Source: Anaeramoeba ignava BMAN (taxonomy: Eukaryota; Protista; Anaeramoebae). Taken from it: 64,000 nucleotides of DNA. The stretch spans positions 372,001-436,000 of the forward strand of contig JAPDFW010000061.1 in assembly GCA_028826165.1 (NCBI GenBank). The letters are read 5' to 3'. This document shows, piece by piece, positions 24,638 through 36,700 of this stretch. The position numbers were made by a program, and so were the translations under genes. The notes under the pieces are model-generated. The model was not told the origin of the DNA. It worked only from the letters and a program-made list of their open reading frames with translations, and made no database searches. The first letter of the stretch is position 1; each line of letters opens with the position of its first letter.

Positions 24638-26269
24638 ATGGAAAACGAAAACATAGAAAACAAAATAATACAATCGGAATCCAGTCAAGATTCTGACACC
24701 GAATACACAGAAACAAAACCAAAACGAACGAAGAAAAGAAAAGCAACACCGACATCACGTTCACGAGGAAAAACAGAAAGGGGAGTAGCACGAGCGAAGA
24801 CAAAGAGCCCACGTTCACGAGTAAAAGGGCCTAAATACACATCCGAAGAAGAAGTAATGAGATCATGGATCCCTCGATGCGAACAAATGATAAAGAAAAT
24901 TCGCGGATATCCAGAAGTACATTACTTCCTTGAACCAGTTCCCCGAGATGACCCAAATGTCCCAGACTATTATAACATAATCACAAACCCAATGGATATT
25001 AAAACCCTTGAAAATAACCTCAATTCGGGTTACTACAAAACTCTTGATGAATTTATTAAAAGTTTCAGACTCATTTTTGATAACGCCATGTTCTACAATA
25101 TCGAGAATTCCGAACCGTATGTTTTCGCAAAATTACTCAAAACAACTTTGGATAAGCGTTATAGAGCTCATCGTACAAATTATGAAAAAGACATCGAAAA
25201 TTTCCACAAATACCAAGAAGAGCAAAAACAACTTCAAATCCAACAACAAATGGAACTTGAACAGGCAAAAGTTGAAGTTAGTCCGGCAAAAGAGGAAAAA
25301 AAACCGAAATCAAAATCAAAGAAAAAATCACGAACACGACCGAAGGCAAAAAAGGCAAAATCAAAAGCCAAATCAAGATCCAGATCGCGATCCAGATCTC
25401 GATCCAAATCAACAAGAAAATCTTCCCGCCAAGACGAAGAAACATCCTCGCCATCACACACCCCCAAAACAACCAAACAGAAAGCACCTCATACAGAAGT
25501 TCAATCCGAAAATATTTCCCAATCCCCAACTCAACCCCTTCCTCAACCAAAGCAACTCGACCCACTCATTTATCAGCAAAAAACAACTCCTTTTCAATTT
25601 CAAAATAATTACAACATACTCCCCCAAATTCCTCAGAATCCCCCGCAATTCCCTAATAATCCCTTCCCGAATTTTAATCAGGATCAATACTTTCCTGAGT
25701 CGGAACTCGATTTTTCTCAAATGGATGATAATGAATTAAATCTCTTTAAAAAACAAATGCAAAAAAATTTTGATTTGACAATCCAAAAAGCAAAACAAAT
25801 TGCAAGTAATTTGCACAAAATACTCCAGGATTTAGTTGTCTCTTCAGGTCTCGATATCACAGAGCAAGACATCCAAGAGCAACAGAAAAAATTTGTTCAA
25901 ATTTCTCCTCAAACAAGTTTTTCACCTCAAAATTATTTCCAACAGTTTCCTTTTAATTGCTTTCCAATTTTTTCAGGTTTTCCTTTTAATTCCGTTATAA
26001 ATTCCAATTTGAATGACAATCAAGAAAATCAAATCAATCCTTCGTTTTCTTTGGAAGAGAGAGAGAAATTAAGTCAAGGAATCAATAAACTTAATGAAAA
26101 TCAATTGCTTGGTTTAATTGGAATTATTACTAAAAATATGCCTCATTTAGTTAATGGAAAAAAAGAAATTGATTTTGAATTTAATCTTTTGGATGAAAAG
26201 ACTTTTAGAGAATTACAAAGATATGTTAATGAAAATTTGAATGAAGATGGGAATAATGAAGCAAATTAA
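24638..26269 (+). CDS. Single-bromodomain + extra-terminal (ET/NET) domain protein (BET/GTE-like)
   Basis: FLEPV...VPDYYNIITNPMDIKT...RLIFDNAMFYN bromodomain with the conserved Asn. C-terminal SLEEREKLSQGINKL...EIDFEFNLLDEKTFRELQRYV ET domain. Confidence 0.9.
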   Translation: MENENIENKIIQSESSQDSDTEYTETKPKRTKKRKATPTSRSRGKTERGVARAKTKSPRSRVKGPKYTSEEEVMRSWIPRCEQMIKKIRGYPEVHYFLEPVPRDDPNVPDYYNIITNPMDIKTLENNLNSGYYKTLDEFIKSFRLIFDNAMFYNIENSEPYVFAKLLKTTLDKRYRAHRTNYEKDIENFHKYQEEQKQLQIQQQMELEQAKVEVSPAKEEKKPKSKSKKKSRTRPKAKKAKSKAKSRSRSRSRSRSKSTRKSSRQDEETSSPSHTPKTTKQKAPHTEVQSENISQSPTQPLPQPKQLDPLIYQQKTTPFQFQNNYNILPQIPQNPPQFPNNPFPNFNQDQYFPESELDFSQMDDNELNLFKKQMQKNFDLTIQKAKQIASNLHKILQDLVVSSGLDITEQDIQEQQKKFVQISPQTSFSPQNYFQQFPFNCFPIFSGFPFNSVINSNLNDNQENQINPSFSLEEREKLSQGINKLNENQLLGLIGIITKNMPHLVNGKKEIDFEFNLLDEKTFRELQRYVNENLNEDGNNEAN

Positions 26270-26279
26270 AACATGAAAA

Positions 26280-27150
26280 TCAATTTCAATATAAATCAAT
26301 TTAAATTTAAATCAATTTCAATTTAAATCAATTTCAATTTAAATCAAAATCAGTTTCAATATAAATTTAAATTTAAACTTAAATCAATTTAAATCTAAAT
26401 CAATTTAAATCAATTTAAATTTAAATCAATTTAAATCAATTTCAATTTCAATCTAAATTTAAATCAATCTCAATCTAAATCAATTTCAATCAATTTCTAA
26501 ATCAATTTCTAAATCAATTTCTAAATCAATTTAAATCAATTAAAATCAATTTAAATCAATTTCCAAATCAATTTAAATCAATTTCAATATAAATCAATTT
26601 CCAAAATCAATTTCAATTTCAATTTAAATCTAAATTTAAATCAAAATCAATTTCAATTTAAATCAAAATCAATTTAAATCAATTTCAATTTAAATCAATT
26701 TAAATCAATTTAAATCAAAATCAATTTCAATTTAAATCAATTTCAATCAATTTCAATTTAAATCAATCAAAATCAAAATCAAATTAAATCAATTTCAATT
26801 TCAATCTAAATTTAAATCAATTTCAATCAATTTAAATTTAAATCAATTTCAATTTAAATCAATTTCAATATAAATTTCAATTTAAATCAATTTCAATTTA
26901 AATCAATTTAAATCAATTTAAATTTAAATCAATTTCAATTTAAATCAATTTAAATCAATTTAAATCAATTTAAATTTAAATCAATTTCAATTTAAATCAA
27001 TTTAAATCAATTTCAATTTAAAATCAATTTAAATCAATTTCAATTTAAATCAATTTCAATTTAAATCAATTTCAATCTAAATTTAAATCAATTTAAATCA
27101 ATTTCAATTTAAATCAATTAAAATCAATTTAAATCAATTTCCAAAATCAA
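26280..27150. repeat. AAATCAATTT(C)-based satellite
   Basis: About 870 bp of degenerate 10-16 bp tandem units, starting right after the bromodomain gene stop. Confidence 0.85.
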
Positions 27151-27462
27151 ATTCTCTAAAAATTTTTTTTCCTTTTTTTGTTATTTTTTTTTATAAATCG
27201 TTCTTCTTTTTCCTTCTTTTAATTTTTAAAACTCAAAATTAATAAATGAACAATCTAAATGAACTTAATTTTAAACAATTTAGTTTTATCTTTTGCTATT
27301 ATTTTTTTTCCTTTTGATCAAAAAAAAATGATCAAAAATTTCAAAGTCAAATTTGTGTTTTTTTTTGTTTTACAAATTTTTTTACAAACAATTCGAATTT
27401 ATTTTTTTATTTTTTTTTACTTCTCATTTTTCTTCTTAATAATAAAAAAAGCAAAAAACAAA

Positions 27463-29968
27463 ATGCAAAAACAAAATTCAATTCAAAATATAAATCAAAA
27501 TATAAATCAAAATGAAGTGGAAATTGAAATTGAAAATATAAATCAAAATATAAATCAAAATGAAGTAGAAATTGAAAATCAAAATATAAATCAAAATATA
27601 AATCAAAATATAAATCAAAATATAAATCAAAATGAAGTAGAAATTAAAAATCAAAATTAAATCAAAATTAAAAATCAAAATATAAATCAAAATGAAGTAG
27701 AAATTGAAAATATAAATCAAAATATAAATCAAAATATAAATGAAAATATAAATCAAAATGAAGTCGAAATTGAAATTCAAAATGAAAATCAAAATGAAAA
27801 TATAAATCAAAATATAAATCAAAATATAAATCAAAATATAAATCAAAATCAAAATAAATCAAAATCAAAATCAAAATCAAAATCAAAATCAAAATCAAAA
27901 TCAAAATCAAAATATAAATCAAAATATAAATCAAAATGAAGTAGAAATTGAAAATCAAAATATAAATCAAAATATAAATCAAAATATAAATCAAAATGAA
28001 GTAGAAATTGAAAATCAAAATATAAATCAAAATATAAATCAAAATATAAATCAAAATCAAAATCAAAATAAAAATCAAAATATAAATCAAAATCAAAATC
28101 AAAATCAAATTGAAAACCAAATGGAAAAAATTGATTTCCCTCTAAAATCATCTCAATTCTTATTTGCTTCATTTAAATCTAATTTCTCATGCTTTTTAGA
28201 AAAATTTTCAAATTTAAAAACAAATTTCCAAATAATTTCAAAAGAAAATGAAACATTAACAAAAGAATTAGAAAGGAAAATTGAAGAAAATTTCAATCTA
28301 AAACAAAATTTTTTCCAAGAATTAGAACCAATTCAATCACAAGAAAATCAACTTCAACAATCTCTAAACTTAAAATTGGAAAGAAAATTAAGAAAAAAAG
28401 AAAAAACTATTCAAAAAAATTTAATTTTAACAAAAAGGATTCAATTATCTCAATTATTTTTAATTGAATTCCAACAAAAATTACAAAATTTAAAAGAATC
28501 CAAAAAACAATCAAATTTAAAATGGAATGAAAGTCAAAAAAAAGCAAATATTCAAAAAAATCTTTTTGAAATTCTTGTCAAAAATTGTGAATTAATTCAA
28601 AACAAAATTCAAGATTTAAAAAATTTGGAAATTCAAACAAAAAAAAATGTTAAAATATTAAAAAATCAAATTTTAAATTTATTAGAAAAAAACTCAATTC
28701 AACAATCAATTTTCCTTTTTTTTAAGAATCAAATTGAATCCAAAAAATATCAAAATCAAAGATATTTTGAAGAAAATCAAAAACTTAAACAAATTCTTGA
28801 AAATAATTTAAACAAACAAAAGGAATTGAAATTAAAATTAAATTTATAATTAAATTTAAATCATAATTTAAAATCAGGAAAAAAAACTAATTTAAAATAA
28901 AAAACGGAAAAAGGGAAAAAGGAAAAAAAAAAAAAAGTTGAATTAAAAAAAAAAAGAGGATCAAATTTAAAAAACATTTTTTTTTTTTGAAAAATTTAAA
29001 TGAATGATAAATTAAATCAATTAAAATTCAGCATTGCGACAAATTTATCTATTATGAAAAAAAAAAAAGAACAAAAAGAAAAAGAAAAAGAAAAAGAAAA
29101 AGAAAATGAAAAAGAAAATGAAAAAGAAAAAGAAAATGAAAAAGAAAAAGAAAAAGAAAATGAAAATGAAAATCAATTACAAAATCAATTTGAAAATCAA
29201 TTACAAAATCAATTTGAAAATGAATTTGAAAATGAAATACAAAATCAATTACAAAATCAATTACAAAATCAATTACAAAATCAATTACAAAATCAATTTC
29301 AAAATCAAAATCAATTACAAGATCAAAATGAAGATCAAATTCAAAATCAAATTCAAAATCAATTTCAAAATCAATTTCAATTTCAATTTCAAAATCAATT
29401 TCAAAATCAAATTATAAATCAATTTCAAAATCAATTTCAAAATCAAATTATAAATCAATTTCAAAATCAATTTCAAAATCAATTTCAAAATCAAAATCAA
29501 TTTCAAAATGAAAATCAAATACAAAATCAATTTCAAAATGAAAATCAAAGTCAAAATCAAAATCAAAATAAAAGTCAAAATGAAAGTCAAAATGAAAATG
29601 AAATAAATATATTGAATCAAGAAGATCTTGAATTCTCACAAAGCTTACATCAATTTATTAATCAAAAAATTAGAGTTGGTATTCATGAACGTTTAAATTT
29701 TACATTTAATCATAGACCTGATTTAATTCATGGTTGGAAAATTAAATCAAAAAATCAACTCAAAAAAAGACCTTTAAAAAAAGTTATTGTTAAAAAAAAA
29801 TTAATTTTTTTATTTTCAATTGTTTTTAATCAAAAGAAAAAAAATGTTAGAAAATCTTTGAATTATTTTATGAGTTCTATTAATTTAAGACAAGTTCAGA
29901 AATATTCAAGGATTGGAATGTGTTTTAAAAGAATTAAGAAGAAAGATGAAACAAAATCAAAGAAATAA
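27463..29968 (+). CDS. Hypothetical low-complexity coiled-coil protein (NINQ, KE, QNQF repeats), broken by frameshifts
   Basis: Consecutive same-strand ORF pieces (27463-, 28121-28849, 29000-29968) with coiled-coil composition. Breaks fall in repeats and homopolymers. Confidence 0.45.
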
Positions 29969-30129
29969 ATTATTTGAAAAAAAAAAGAAAAAAAAAAGAA
30001 AAAAAGGAAAAAAGGAAAAAAAAGTGGACTAAATTTTTCATTTGAAATTTTTATTTTTAATTTTATTTTTAATTTTATTTTTATTTATAAAAAAAAATTC
30101 AAACAATTTAATTTTAATTTTTAAATTAA

Positions 30130-31357
30130 ATTGATTAAAAAAAATGGAATAAATTCATTTATTAAATTGAATTGAATAAAAAAAATGGAATAAATTTATT
30201 TTTATTTTTTAAATTAAATTGAATTGATTAAAAAAAATGGAATAAATTTATTTATTGTTTAAATTAAATTGATTAAAAAAAATGGAATAAATTTATTAAA
30301 TTAAATTAATTAAAAAAAAATGGAATAAATTTATTTATTAAATTAAATTAAATTAATTAAAAAAAATGGAATAAATTTATTTATTAAATTAAATTGATTA
30401 AAAAAATGGAATAAATTTATTGTTTAAATTAAATTGATTTGATTAAAAAAAATGGAATAAATTTATTTTTATTTATTAAATTAAATTGATTAAAAAAATG
30501 GAATAAATTTATTGTTTAAATTAAATTGATTAAAAAAATGGAATAAATTTATTTTTTAAATTAAATTAAATTGATTAAAAAAATGGAATAAATTTATTTT
30601 TAAATTAAATTGAATTGATTAAAAAAAATGGAATAAATTTATTTTTATTTATTAAATTAAATTGAATTGATTAAAAAAAATGGAATAAATTTATTTATTA
30701 AATTAAATTCGATTAAAAAAAATGGAATAAATTTATTTATTAAATTAATTAAATTAATTAAATTAAATTGATTAAAAAAAATGGAATAAATTTATTAAAT
30801 TAAATTGAATTAAATTGATTAAAAAAAATGGAATAAATTTATTTTTTAAATTAAATTAAATTAAATTGATTAAAAAAAATGGAATAAATTTATTATTTAA
30901 ATTAAATTAAATTGATTAAAAAAAATGGAATAAATTTAATTTTAATTATTAAATTAATTAAAAAAAATGGAATAAATTTATTTTTTAAATTGAATAAAAT
31001 TGATTAAAAAAAATGGAATAAATTTATTTTTTAAATTGAATAAAATTGATTAAAAAAAATGGAATAAATTTATTGTTTAAATTAAATTAAATTGATTAAA
31101 AAAAATGGAATAAATTTATTAAATTAAATTAAATTAAATTGAATAAAAAAAATGGAATAAATTTATTTTTTAATTTAAATTGATTAAAAAAATGGAATAA
31201 ATTTATTTATTAAATTGAATTAAATTGATTAAAAAAAATGGAATAAATTATTTTTTAATTTTTAAATTAAATTGATTAAAAAAAATGGAATAAATTCATT
31301 GTTTAAATTAAATTGATTAAAAAAAATGGAATAAATTCATTGTTTAAATTAAATTGA
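30130..31357. repeat. ~40-55 bp minisatellite with core TTGATTAAAAAAAATGGAATAAATTTAT (~27 copies)
   Basis: ATGGAATAAA recurs regularly from ~30144 to ~31326. Confidence 0.92.
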
Positions 31358-31727
31358 TCTTACAGTTAAAATATTTAATTTGTTTTTAATTTTATTTTTA
31401 ATTTTAATTTGTTTTTGTTTTTGTTTTTATTCTTATTTTTGTTGCTTTGCTTGTTCAAAAAAAAAAATAAAAAATTACAAACAAAATTCACAAATCTAAA
31501 AAAAAGAATAAAAAGAGGAAAAAAAAAATCAAATAATTTTAAAGACAAAAAGGGGGATTTTGAATAAGAAAATGGAGAAAAAAAAAAATAACAAAAAAGT
31601 AAATTCAAATTAAATTGATCAACAAAAAAATAAAAATAAAAAATAAAATTTGTTTTTTTAATTTTCATTTTTTTTCATTTTTTTTATCATTTTTTTTTAA
31701 TAACATTAAATTTAAAATCAATTTAGA

Positions 31728-33566
31728 ATGGGAAACGTTGAGAAAACAAAGAAAGAAACAAATGTAAATCAATTAGAAAAGATTGAAGAACTTAAACAAG
31801 CAACAGTTATAATTGATAAAAACAAATTAAGTTGTTTTCGATTAAATAAATCTTTTCTGGATTTATTTAATTCTTCAAATCAAGAAAATCTTTACAATAA
31901 ATCAATTTTTGAACTTTCTTCTAATTATCAACCTTATTTTTCTTGTGAAACTAAAACTGCTATTGAGAAAATTGGTAATTTGATTATTGAGTAAGTTAAA
32001 CTGTTTATTTTTTTTTATTAAAAAAAAAAACCGTTTTTTGTTTTGCTTTTTAAAAAAAAAAAAAGGAAAAACTTTTCTTTTTTTCTCTTTTTTTTTATTT
32101 TTATTTTAATTTTAATTTATTTTAGTTTAATTTTATCAATTTAATTTTATCAATTTAATTTTTAATCAATAAGAAAGTACAATTTTATTTATATTTATTA
32201 TTTGATCAGTAAAAAAATAAATTTATTTTTTAATTATAATTTTCCAATTTGATCTGAAATTGATCCTATTGGAAAAAAAATTTATATTGATCAGCCAAAA
32301 AAAACAACAAATAATCCTCAAACAAAAATTCATTTATAAAATTAAATTTATAAAATTAAAATTCATTTATAAAATTAAAATTCATTTATAAAATTAATAT
32401 TAATATTTATATTAAAATTTAAATTCATTTATAAAATTAAAATTAAAATTAAAATTAAAATTCATTTAATATTAAATTTATAAAATTAAAATTGAAATTA
32501 ATATTTATATTAAAATTAAAATTAAAATTAAAATTAAAATTCATTTATAAAATTCATTTATAAAATTTAAATTCATTTATAATATTAAATTAAAATTAAA
32601 ATTAAAATTCATTTATAAAATTAATATTAATATTAAAATTCATTTATAAAATTGAAATTAAAATTTAAATTCATTTATAAAATTAAAATTAAAATTGAAA
32701 TTAAAATTAAAATTCATTTAATATTAATATTTATAAATTTAATATTTATAAAATTAAAATTAAAATTAAAATTAAAATTAAAATTAATATTAATATTAAA
32801 ATTAAATTTATAAAATTCATTTAATATTAAATTTATAATATTAAAAAAAAATAGACAAAACAAAGTGGATAACTTCACTTGGAAAATTCTTACATTAGAT
32901 GAAAAAGAAATGGAAATCGAAACAAAAATCGAACCATTTCAAATTGATTCAACAATATATTTCCAAATTGAATTTTTAAAAACCAGCCCAGAAGATTCAG
33001 AAAAAACAGATTCAAACGTATCACCAAACACATCATTCGATGAAAAAGCAAACGATATTCAAATCAATGAAGAATCAATACCAGAATTATCACAAATCAA
33101 TGAAAAAATCAATCATTTAAAATCAAAAGTAAATCAATTTGGAAATCCCGATTTGGAAAAAAGAATCACAGAAAATTTAACTCAAATTCAACAGTCAATT
33201 AGACAATCAATTATAGAAAAAATGAAAAATTTGGAACTTTTAAAAACTCAATCACAAACAGAACAAAGAGATCAAAAGAAAAAATATGATCTATTAGAAA
33301 TGCATTTGCAAAGAAGATTAGGAGGAATGGAAAATGAAAAAAAAACTAAAAGAGATTTGCTTAATCAAAATCTCTTTATGAAAAAGAAGATCAAAGAGAT
33401 CAAACAGAAAATTGAAGATGAAAATAAACAAATTCATCGTTTGGCTGAAATGGTTAATGAATTGCAAGCTGAAATCAATGAAAATGACCCAGATAATTCC
33501 CATTCTCATCAAGAAGATGAAACTGAAACTTTAGGTGAATTTGAATCTGATAATGACACTCAATAA
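31728..33566 (+). CDS. PAS-like sensor domain + coiled-coil protein
   Basis: Intron 31991-32854 (GTAAGT...ATAG) joins ATVIID...LNKSFLDLF...SIFELSSNYQP...|QNKVDNFTWKILTLDEKEMEIETKIEPFQIDSTIYFQ, a PAS-fold pattern. A heptad-rich C-terminal half follows. Confidence 0.6.
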
Positions 33567-33741
33567 CTTCTTTTCCGTTTTTTGTCTTGTTGTGTTCCTA
33601 TTTCATCTTTCTTCTTTTTTGAACCAAATTTTTTCACTTTTTTTTTTTTCAATCAAAAAAAAACTTTCAAAATTCATTTTTTTTCCATTTTTTTTTTTTA
33701 ATTTTCAATAATAAAATCAAAATCAAAATCAAATTTACAAA

Positions 33742-36700
33742 ATGAATTTTAAATTATTTTTGCTTTCTTTTTTTGTAAGTTTATTATTTTTTTAATAAAA
33801 ATTTAAATAAAAATTTAAATTGATTTTCTTTTATAGATTTTTTTAATTTCTTTTAAAGCAATTAAGAGCGAAACTTATAGTAATTTTATTTAAACACCCC
33901 TTTTTTTTTTTCTTTTAAAATTAACACTTCAAATAAATAAAAATAAATAAAAATAATAAAAATAATAAAAATAATAAAAATAGTTTTTTGTCCTTCCAAT
34001 TTTACTTTTAATGCAATTACTTCTAATTCTGATATTTATTTACAAACTTGTTGTGAAGGTATTTCTTCTTATCCTTTTTTTTCTGAAAATTTAAATGATG
34101 TTGAAAATGTAAGTTTTCTGTTTATAAAATTTAATTTTAATTCAATTTTAATTTTAATTCAATTTTAATTTTAATTCAATTTTAATTCGATTTTAATTTT
34201 AATTCAATTTTCATTTTAATTCAATTTTCAGGTTACTTTTTATGGTCAATTACCTGATATTCTTGATGTTTTATGTTCTCAAACAAATATTTTATCACTT
34301 ACTTTTGAAAATGGATTGACTGTAAGATTTCAATTTTAAAATCAAAATCAAAATTGAAAATTAAAATCAAAATCAAAATCAAAATCAAAATTAAAATTAA
34401 AATCTAAATCTAAATTTAAAATTAAAATTGAAATTTAAAATTAAAATCAAAATTAAAATTAAAATTAAAATCAAAATCAAAATTAAAATTAAAATAATTA
34501 AAATTAAAATCAAAATTTAGATTCAAAATTCCAAAAATATTAAATTTAATGCAACTGGATTTATATTTGATTTATCTGATATGAAAACAACAATGATTTC
34601 ATCAGAAGTTTATTTTTATGGAACAACACGTTTCCTTCATCCAATCACATCCACAAAAGAAGAACTTCCAAAACTTTCAGAACCTTGTCCTGCATTCAAT
34701 TTATTAGATTCTTCTTTTGTTTATTTTGAGGATAGTAATTTTGTAAGTTTGGGAAATTGTATGACAATTCTTGAACCGTTATTACTACTGAATGATAGCA
34801 CAATGCAAATAGATTCAATTATTCATGGTTCAGATGAATTTATTTATATGAGAAATCCAACTTTAACAGGTGCACTTTCAACAATTAATTTACCATCAGG
34901 AAGTTGTCCTACAATGAATATCAAAATTGAAAATCCAAGAAATCTTTCACCTGAAAATAAAAATATTCTCAAAATTACATCAGAAGAAAATCTGAATAAT
35001 ATTGAAATAATTGGTGATGCAATTTATCTGGAAAATATACCAAGTGTTCAAAATATAATCATTAGTAATGGAATTCTAAAAGTTGATGGAGCTATCCCTA
35101 CTTATTATTTAAACACTTATGAAGAGGTTCAATTATTAGGAGATGCAAATTTTGATGTTACAATTTTAAATTTAAATGAAAATTGCGTGATAACTTCATA
35201 TGTTCAACTTTATATTCAAAAAATTATTGGTTCATTATCTTATCTAAATTTCAAAAATACAACACATGTTTCTAATATCACTGAAACTTCAAATTTGACA
35301 ATTTCAATTGCAAACACAGATTTTTATTTGACGAATACAGATCAAAATTATATCAAAAAGGTTCTTATGATAGATACATCTAATTTTTATTGTAATTCAT
35401 CTATGAGTATTGATAGTTTGATAACAACAGGCAACCAACCAGGATTTATTGGTAATGGTTTGGTATTTGTGATTAATCAAACTGATATAGCGAGTTCTTT
35501 ATATTTTAACCATACATATGTTTACATTAGAGAGATTGCTGGAGATTCGATTGATTCTATTTCTCTTGGAAATTCGGCTTTTATAAATTTTGATATAACA
35601 AAGAATATCACAATCCAAAATCTTACTTGTGATTATGGAGGTATACTTTCAAATGAATGGATTGTAATTTACAATATGATTTCTCAATCATACGCTTCTT
35701 TTGGTGGAAATTTTGAATTTGTCTCACTTCTAAATTTTTCATACATTGAGTTTTATGGTTTTGATGTGATAATCGATAGTGAATGTGAAATTTTTGCATC
35801 ATCAACAGAAGTTACATTTAATTCTCTGAATAGTAATTTATATTTAGAAATGCTTGAATTGGAAGTGGATAATCTTTATTTAGAAAACTCTTACATTTAT
35901 GGAACTGGTTCAAATTCTATTCAAGTATTTCAGGAAATGAGATCTGATAACAATAAGTTTTATGATATTGAACTGATTTTAGAAACCTCAAATTTCCATT
36001 TTGTTGAGTCTCTTTGGACAACATTTCAAGATTGTGATATTTTATTTAATGAACCAACCATATTAAATATAAGTCTAGAACTTACCAATACATCTATAAA
36101 AGCAACAGATATTACAATTCCTGTATTGAGAAATATGGATATTTATGATTGTTGGGATTGTTCAGAAATTGATTTATTAAATATTTCAGGAGGTTTAGCT
36201 ATACACAATTCTTCATTATCATTCCAGATGATCTCAAGTTCTAAAATTGAAGATTTGTGGATTGAGGATTCTTCTCTTTCATTATTTAACCCACAAAATT
36301 ATTATGAAGTGGAAGATTTTTTCATTAGCAATGCATCTGTATCAAATATGAACGTAATTGCTGATGAACTATATTTAGGAACAAATTTATATTTTGAAAA
36401 TTCAAGTATTTCAGTTTTATATGGAGATGATTTATATTTTGATTCAGAAATAACCCAAATTTTTGGAGATCATCTTTCCAATATTAATGTTCTTGGAGGA
36501 CAAATTTATGGTGATTATTTTTTGGAATTGAATGCAATGAATTTCACTTTTGATGGAGAAGATTTTGAACTTTTTCAGGGAGGTGGTATGGCTCTTTCTA
36601 ATAATTCTTATGTATATTTTACTGATAGTATCACAGAGCAAACTTCATTGGAATATTTCTATGTTAATAACTCAATTGTGGAAAGTGAAAATGAAATATA

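Noticed and set aside
32171-32180. Possible 3-nt micro-exon AAG|AAA|GTAC in the PAS intron
   Set aside because: It is frame-neutral with no protein motif to support it, and the flanking intron sizes are not diagnostic.
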